Below are positions 56,711-64,000 of a DNA stretch of 64,000 bases, piece after piece. The stretch covers positions 1-64,000 of the forward strand of contig JAIVFI010000003.1 in the NCBI GenBank assembly GCA_025558095.1, written 5' to 3'. The notes under the pieces are model-generated. The model was not told the origin of the DNA and ran no database searches. It saw only the letters and a program-made list of their open reading frames with translations. The DNA is from Hyaloraphidium curvatum SAG 235-1 (lineage: Eukaryota; Fungi; Monoblepharomycota). A program made the translations under genes and the position numbers. How positions within the stretch are numbered: position 1 is the stretch's first letter; every line of letters begins with the position of its first letter.

Positions 56711-59700
56711 ATGAGAACATTGCGGACGGTGTTCGGGCCGGCGGCGTGGCTGCTCCTCGCGCTGCTGCTGCTCGCCGGCCCGCCGCCCTTTCGGCCCCCC
56801 CGCGGACCCGGGCTCCGCGGTGCCGCCGACAATACCCCGGCCTTCGCACCGATTTTCGCCTATGCGACCAACGATGTCCCATCGAACGACGCCGAGGCCG
56901 CCGCGCTGAAGGCCAAGATCGCCGCGGCGCTCGCCGAGACGGAGCGGCAGCAGGCCGAGCTCGCCGCCAAAGTGAGGGAGGTCATCGCCGACCTGAAGGA
57001 GGCCAAGCAGGAGGCGAAGGAGGCGGGAATCATAGCGCCGCCGTCGCCGACGCCGGTGGAGGGGGAGAGGCCGCACGGGACCGACCCGCCGGAGCCGGAG
57101 CCGGTCGCCGCGCAGACGAGGAAGGCGCCCGCAGCCACGCTGCCCGTCGAACCGGAATCCGGGTCCGCACGGGGGGACGATGAAGAGGGAACCGCACCCT
57201 CGCCGACCCTCGCGGCGGCCAGGCCCACCCTCGCCGCGGGCACTCCCACCTTGGCCGCCGCCAAGCCCACGCTCGCCGCGACGGCCACCCTCGCCGCCGC
57301 CGAAACCCCGCCCCCCGCGGACGACGACGGCAGGACCGCCGCCTCCCCCACGCTCGCCGGCCAGGGCAACCCCACCCTCGCCGCGACACCCTCCCTCGCC
57401 GCCACCGACGCCGCGTCCCCGGTCGGCGGGCAACCCCCCGCGGACGACGACGCCGCGACGGACCGGCCCTCTCCCACCGTCGCCGCAGGGGAGGAAGAGC
57501 AGCCCACGCGGACGGAGGAGGGCGCGGCGGCGACGCTGGCCGGCTTGGACGGACCCATCACGGGCCCGGCGCAGCCGAGCTTGGCTGCGGGCTCGGAGGC
57601 CGCGGGCGGGGAGGCAGGCGGTGCGATTGCGGGGACGGAAGGAGGCGAGGATGCCGGGGATGGCGGGCAGTCTGCGGATGGCGGGCAGCCCGCGGATGGC
57701 GGGCAGCCCGCGGAGCAAGGCGGGCCGGGCTCGGAGGGTGCCGGCGGTTCTGCCGAGGAGGGCGGTGATGCTGCCGAGCAAGCCGGCGCCGGCGGGGACG
57801 ATGCCGGAACCGACGGCGACGAGCCGTCGTCCGGGGACCAGGGATCCGACGCCGGCACCGGGTCGGGGAACGGTCTCGCCGCCGGCGCAACGGACGACGA
57901 CCGCGCACCCACCGAGGACGACGGCCGACCCACCCCTGACGACTCCCGGCCCGATCCAGGCACCGAGGACCGGCAAAACAGCCCGCCGCCCCCGCCGCCC
58001 TTTGTCGACGACGGCAAGGACCGCGGCAAGGACGATTTCGGGTTCGCGCGGCTGGCAGAGGGGCCGGCGAGGCCGGTGTGGAGGCCCTCGTCGTCGTCGT
58101 CTTCTCCCTCGTCGTCGAGCGGGGGGCAGAGGGAGGACGACGGCACGTCGGGCGATCGGAGCTCCTCGGGGGACGATACCGCGGGCGAGCAGACGTCGGG
58201 CGACGACGCGTCGGGCGACCGGACCGGCCTGGAGGAGCAGGCTTCCGGCGAGCAGACCGCCGACCAGGCTCCGGACGAGCAACCTCCCGCGGACGAACAG
58301 GCTTCGGACGACCAGACTTCCGGCGACCAGTCTCCAGGGGAGCAGACTTCGGGCGACCGGACCTCCTCTGGCGAAGAGACTTCGGGCGAGGAGACGTCGG
58401 GCGAGCAAACTCCGGGCGAGCAGCCCTCCTCGGGTGAGGAGACTTCGGGCGATGGAACCACGGGCGAGCAGCTTTCGGGCGAGCAGCCTCCCGCGGACGA
58501 GCAAACCGCCACGGACGGGCAGCCGCCCACGGAAGAACAGCCGCCCGCGGACGAAGAGCCGCCCGCGGACGAAACCGCTGCCGACGGACAGCCGTCCGAA
58601 GAGCAACCTCCTGCCGACGGACAATCATCCGACGACCAGGCCCCCGCGGAAAATCAACCCGCGGACGACCGGCAGGCGGACGACGGGGGCGGTTCCGACG
58701 AGCAGGCCCCCGCGGAGGAGCAACCAGCTGCCGAGGAAACGCCGCCGGCGGAGGAGCAGCCGGTTTCGCAGGATCAGCCACAGGCTGGGGAGCAGTCATC
58801 CGAGGAGCAGCCGTCTTCCGAGGGCCGGTCGCAGGCGGAGGAGCAGCCGCCCGCCGGATCCGCATCGGATCGGGGAACTTCCGCCGCCGCGGGCGGGGAG
58901 CAGCAGCCCGGCGGGAACGGGGAACGGACAGAGGACGGCGCCGCCGGCGACGATTCGGGCTCTGGGGAGCAGCAGACGGGAGAGCAGGATGCCGGGGGGT
59001 CTGCCGCCGCCGAGGAGCCCGCGGAAGAGGCACAACCGCCAAAGGAGAAGCCGCCGGCGACGGAGGAACCGCCACGGGACGACGAGGGCGCGGAGGAGGG
59101 GACCGGGGGCGGTTCGGGCGCCGCGACGGGGGCGCCCGATCGCGATTCCTCGTCGGTCGCCGGCGGAGAGCAAGGCGGGGCGGCTGAGGAGGACCAGGCG
59201 GCGGGGTCGGCAGATGGCGGCGACGATCAAGGGCCGGCGGAGGAGCCGCAGCCGACTGCGACGGAGGACGCATTTGGCGCGGGACAAGACGAAGGACCTG
59301 CGGAAGACTCGCAGCAGCCGGAGGCGGCGCAGCCCACGGTGACGGCGGAGCCAGAGCGACCGGAGCCGGAACCGCAGCGCCGACCTGAGCGGCCTCCGCC
59401 CCTTGCGGACGAGCCCAAGGAGCCGGAGCCGGAACCCACGCAGGCTGCTCAGGTCGAGGAGGCACCGCCGGAACAGGAACAATCCGAGTCCGAGCAGCAG
59501 CCCGAGGAGCATGCGGAAACAGCTGATGAGGTACTTGAACTGCAAACCGAGTACTTGTTTTTGGTGCTGACGGTGCCGCTTCCCAGTCACGGGGCTCCGT
59601 CGTCGTCTCTCCCGACGAGCACGAGGAAGACGAGGAGGGCGTGCCCGAGGATTTGGTGCCCGCGACCAGCAAGCCCGGCGCGCCCGCCTCAACTCAGGCT

Positions 59701-62700
59701 TTCCTCCCGCCTTCGGACGACGTGTCCGATGACGAGGACGACGACCTCGACGAGGAATTCGAGGACGACGACGACGGGGACGACGAGAGCGAGGGTGCAC
59801 CGGAGACCCGGGTGGCGCCGAAGCCGTCCGCTGTCGCCGAGCCTTCCGAGGGAGACGACGCGGCTGCCGTGCCGCCGAAACCGACGGAGCGGCCCAAGAA
59901 GACCCTCATCGAGGAGCTCACCAAGGGGAGCGCGGACGAGGATGACGGCGAGGACGAGCAGCCCTCGAGGAAGGGGAAGGACGAGGAGGCGCCGCAGTCG
60001 ACGGTCGCCAGGAAGGCGAAGCCCTCTTCCGCGGCGGACCCGGACGCAGGAAGCCGGTTTCTCAAACCCGAGGACGACCAGGTCGGGGAGGACGACGGAG
60101 AGGACGACGACGACGACGGCACGGAGGTGGCGGATAAGACGGCGGCGGTCTCGCGGCCTTCGCGGCGACCAAAGAAGCCCAGGCCTTCGCGGAAGTCCGC
60201 CGCGTCGGTCGGCAGCTCGGACGCCGCGTTGGCCCACATCCTGGGCGCCAATGTGGCGAGCGTTCGAACGCTACGGGCTGGCTTCCGCACCAGTGGGGTC
60301 CAGGTGGCCTACTGCCCCTCTGCGGTGGCCGACCTCGTCGGCTTGGAGGTCGAGGACATTGCCGGCGTTTCATCGGCGTGCGCGAGCGTGCTGGACGACG
60401 ACGGCGCGGACAACATGGTTCATGGTGTCGTCTTTGTGCTTCGGGTAAGTCGGAGGAGCTTCGGTTCGCTCGCCCTCTCCTGACGAGGGTTGTGCCCGCC
60501 AAAGGAATCCGCTGCCCTTTCAGCACTCGCCGATCTCCTCCCGGCCAAGGTCATTTCTGCGCTCACCTGTGCGCAGAGCCCTTTCCGCAACGTGTCTCTG
60601 CCGGACAAGGCCAAGATCGTGATTGCCGTCGGCCAAGACCCGGACGCCAGGGCCGTCGTCCAGAACGAAGGCGGTGCGGGAGTGGGCACCGGTTCAGGCT
60701 CTGGCTCGGGGCGGGACGCTCCCGGGAGACTGGCGCCGCGAGCCAGGATCGCAGCTGTCGGTGGTGGTGGGTTTGCTGGCGGCGCGGGACGACATGGCAC
60801 TTACCTTGGGGATCCTGATTCTTTAGCCGTCGCTACGCCGCCGCCTGCTGCAGCCGACGTGGCGAGCACCTTGGCGCCAAGCACATCTCGGACGCTGCGA
60901 AAGAAGGGGCTCGGCAAGAAGAAGAAGAAGTCAGCCACCAAAGCTTCTGCCTCCGCGACGGCGGACCTCACCACCGTCGCTTCGAGGACAGCCAAGTCGA
61001 AGAAACTGAAGCGCTTCAAGAAGTCTTCCCGTGCCAGCCGGACTTCGTCTTCGGTCGCCTTGACGACGACGGCTGCGAGCCTCAGGCGAAAGCGTTCGCA
61101 CGCGCTGTCGAGATCCTTCCGTCGATCCTTCCGTCGATCAAGTCGTCTTTCCTCCGGACATCTCTCTCGCTCTGCTTTTCGAAAACGTCACCGATCCTTG
61201 TCGCTCACGCGTCCCTCCCCGACGCAACTTTCCCTCGCCCGAACCCGGCAGGGGACCCGCAACGGCACCCGCCACCGAACCCGGCACCGCAGTCGATCCT
61301 TCTCGCGGAGCTTCCTTTCGGCCAGCAGGTCCAGGCGGCATCGGAAGACCGCTGCCGCGCCCAAATCGACCGCGCAGCCTGCCTCTTCGGCCGGCAACAC
61401 TTCGGCAGATGGCCACGACGGAGGGACGGAGACGCCGACGAAGAAGAAGGCGGACAGCGAGGGCACTGCCTCCGAGTCTGAATCCTCGTCGGGCGACGAC
61501 GACAACGGCCCCGCGCAGCCCGGTTCTGCTTCGGGGGATGACGCGGGCGAGGGGTCCGACGTGCCGCCGGAAGCTGATGGCGATGGTGGACCTTCCTTGG
61601 ACGAAGGTCCCGCGCAGCCGGATTCCACTTCTGGGGAGGACACGGCCGGGAAACCCGACTCGACGCCAGCTGACGCCGGGACTGAGGGCGGAGCTGGGCC
61701 TTCTGATAACTCGGGCGCGGACGCGAAAGCCGAAACCTCCGGCGACGACACGAAAGCTGCCGATACCGGGGACGATGGGGCATCTTCTTCTGCTGGTCAG
61801 GACGTAGGCGGGGGCGGAGGAAGCGGGAAGGATCAAGACCAGCAGCAAGGCGACGCCACCTCGGGAAGCGCCAACGGCGGCGCCTCGGACGAGGATCAGG
61901 CGGCTTCCGAGGGCGATGCCAGCGCGGATCAGAATGCCGAGGAAGGGGTAGAGGAAGGAGGCCAAAACGGCGGCGACGGTGGCGCTGGACCTTCGGCGGA
62001 GGACCTGCCGGCAACAACGACCGCAACGACCGTTAGAAGTCGTCGCAGGGGCGGTAGCGCCACCCGCACGGCTGCTGTGAAGGCCGAGAAGGACAGCCGC
62101 AAGCCGGTCGAGATTCTCAAGCCGGCGCTGGTGGAGACAGGCAAAGGGATCAGACCTGCTGCCGTTTTCAAGCCTGGCCAAATGGGAGCATCTGGGGACT
62201 CGGTGAGTACTTTTCGCGTGGCCCACTGGTCGCGAGCTTGAGTGATTGATTTCCACGGCCGCCAGACGAACACCAAGGCGAACGTGGGCTCCAAGAAGAC
62301 CGGCAAACAAGCGGCGTCGAACAAGTTCTTCCAAAAGCTGAAGAGCGGGGTTGACATCCCTGTTGTCGGCAAGGTGACCCTGGCTGTCCCGGCGCGCTCA
62401 CGGGCACCGAACTAACAGTCCACCAGGGCATCCTGCTCGGGAAGGTCGACCGGAACAAGATGTTTGCGCTCGCAAAGGAGGCATGGATGGCGGCTCCGAA
62501 GAACAACCAGTGCCCTCCCGGCCAAGAACCCTTTGGTTCCTTGGAGAATGGAGGCTTCTGCTGCGCGGGCCGCGTGTCGGCCGACGGGAAACGGTGCGAC
62601 GGTTCCTTCTGCGGCTTTCCAATCACCCCGAGGCCGGCCGGTGCCAAATGGAGCTACTGCTTGGGAATGACGCGGATCAGCTGTCCTGCGGGGTATTCGG

Positions 62701-64000
62701 CCTACGCAGGTACGTTCCTTTCGAGGCAACACACCATGACCTGCTCACGCGCTCGCACTTGCAGATTTCGAGGGCGGAATGTGCTGCAGAGGGAAGATTC
62801 GCAACAGCGGCACGACCTGCGAGGGGAAAGCTTGTCGGCCGACGGCGGTGAGCACATTTCTTTCGCGTGGTCAACGAAGTGTCTCATTCGCTCTGATCTC
62901 TGCCTTTGCAGAACAACCGGAACTCGGCTGAGCCGACCTGCAACTACGCCGACGCCTCGGATCTCGAGTCGGGAGCGGATTCGCTGGGCACCGTGTTCTC
63001 GTCGCTCCAGCGCGGCGAAAGGACTTCTTCCGGGACGAACTCGAGCTTCGGCCCTATTGATCCGAAGCTGATCACCAACTACGTCTGCCCTTCGGGATCC
63101 GTTCCTTTCGGAAGCGAGACCCGCGGCGGCTTTTGCTGCAGCGGACAGGTTACTGTCGATCGCCTCAAGTGCGTCGGTGGTTCGGTCTGTGCCTTCCCTA
63201 GCAACGGCAAAGCTACGGACACGGGCATCTGTGCGGGTGGCTCTCGCTACACCTGCCCCGTGGGTTCCATCCCGTACGACGACATTGGTGGCGGTTTCTG
63301 CTGCTTTGGCAGCCTCGACCGAAAGCGAGAATGCAGCGGCACTTTCTGTGCTTTCCCCACGAACCCTGCGCCCCGCGGCGTTGCTATCTGCTCGGGCATC
63401 ATCACCAGGGACACGAGCGTGTTGCGGGATCCGTCGGCGACTTCTTTTTCGGCCGTGCAGCACGCTCTTGGGCCGACGACTCCGGACTCCGTCTCTGTCT
63501 CTCCTTTTGACCGGGGCGACATCTCTCTCCGCTGTTCCGGAATCACGGCGGACTTCAGCAGGCGCGTCAGCGTCCGCGTTCCCGGGATCAAGCTTTCTTG
63601 GAATCGGGCCCGCCCGGTGACTAGTTTGCTGCTCGGCGAGGCCGACTTTGATCTGCCGCAGGAGATGGGCAAGCTGCCGGAGATTGCGCACATCCACCAC
63701 GTCGCCATCGACTTTGATCCTCTCCCGAAGCTCGACACGGGACGGGTCATCGCCTCGATTTCGGACATCTCGTTGGACGATGATTTCCAGCTAGTCAATG
63801 TGACCGGGACTGTGTCCTACGACTCGGGAGTGGGCACGTCCTTCGACCTGGCGGGGAGCGGTCTTCTTCCGGTTTTCCGCGGGGGCATCGGCTTCAACAT
63901 GCCTCTCATCTCGGACGCCGACCTCCTGCCGCTCGTCTTCGCGACGCAGCAGCGAATGGTCACCGTCGGATCGTTCCTGTCTGACGTCAAGGCCGATGGC
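56711..64000 (+). CDS. very large, probably secreted protein: signal/anchor, coiled coil, acidic and basic low-complexity blocks, four Cys-rich repeats and a beta-rich region; runs off the right edge
   Basis: MRTLRTVFGPAAWLLLALLLLAG. Splicing at about 59531-59586, 60445-60504, 62203-62265, 62374-62426, 62710-62764 and 62848-62911 keeps one frame open to 64000. Confidence 0.7.
58140..58860 (+). repeat. degenerate 15/18-nt coding repeats (GEQTS / EQPPAD) inside the giant protein
   Basis: Many ggcgagcagacttc / gagcagccgcccgcggac-like units. Confidence 0.75.

Noticed and set aside
56555-59800. Large minus-strand ORFs, and CRISPR-like periodicity in the repeats
   Set aside because: They are antisense to low-complexity coding repeats. 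The units are degenerate codon repeats without unique spacers, and the DNA is eukaryotic.

Overview
High-GC, intron-containing eukaryotic DNA. It is fungal on the evidence of a Zn(II)2Cys6 transcription factor, an Atf1-type bZIP, ADE6 and NOP4, plus short introns (mostly 50-70 nt) with CTGAC/CTCAC branch points. The composition suggests an early-diverging, chytrid/Monoblepharidomycete-grade fungus, but that is an inference. Most ORF-track entries are GC-rich shadow ORFs, so real genes were rebuilt by hand across introns. The window holds about 27 genes or gene relics. Housekeeping and metabolic genes: NOP4, ADE6, acyl-protein thioesterase, carboxyltransferase, AKR7-like reductase, nitronate monooxygenase, a mitochondrial carrier and an MCT-type MFS transporter. 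An unstable accessory block (about 6.3-17.8 kb) carries three paralogous Kex2-site secreted Cys-rich proteins, duplicated NOP4 and SDR scraps (one a fold-back), two dead MYND-finger genes, a 956-bp TIR element with TAC..GTA ends and a 6-bp TSD, and an intact ionotropic-glutamate-receptor-like channel gene, which is the most striking item. Also notable: a PstS-like phosphate-binding domain fused to a multi-pass membrane domain, several bacterial-looking genes, F-box-like genes in decay, and a giant secreted protein with an unrecognised Cys repeat that runs off the right edge.
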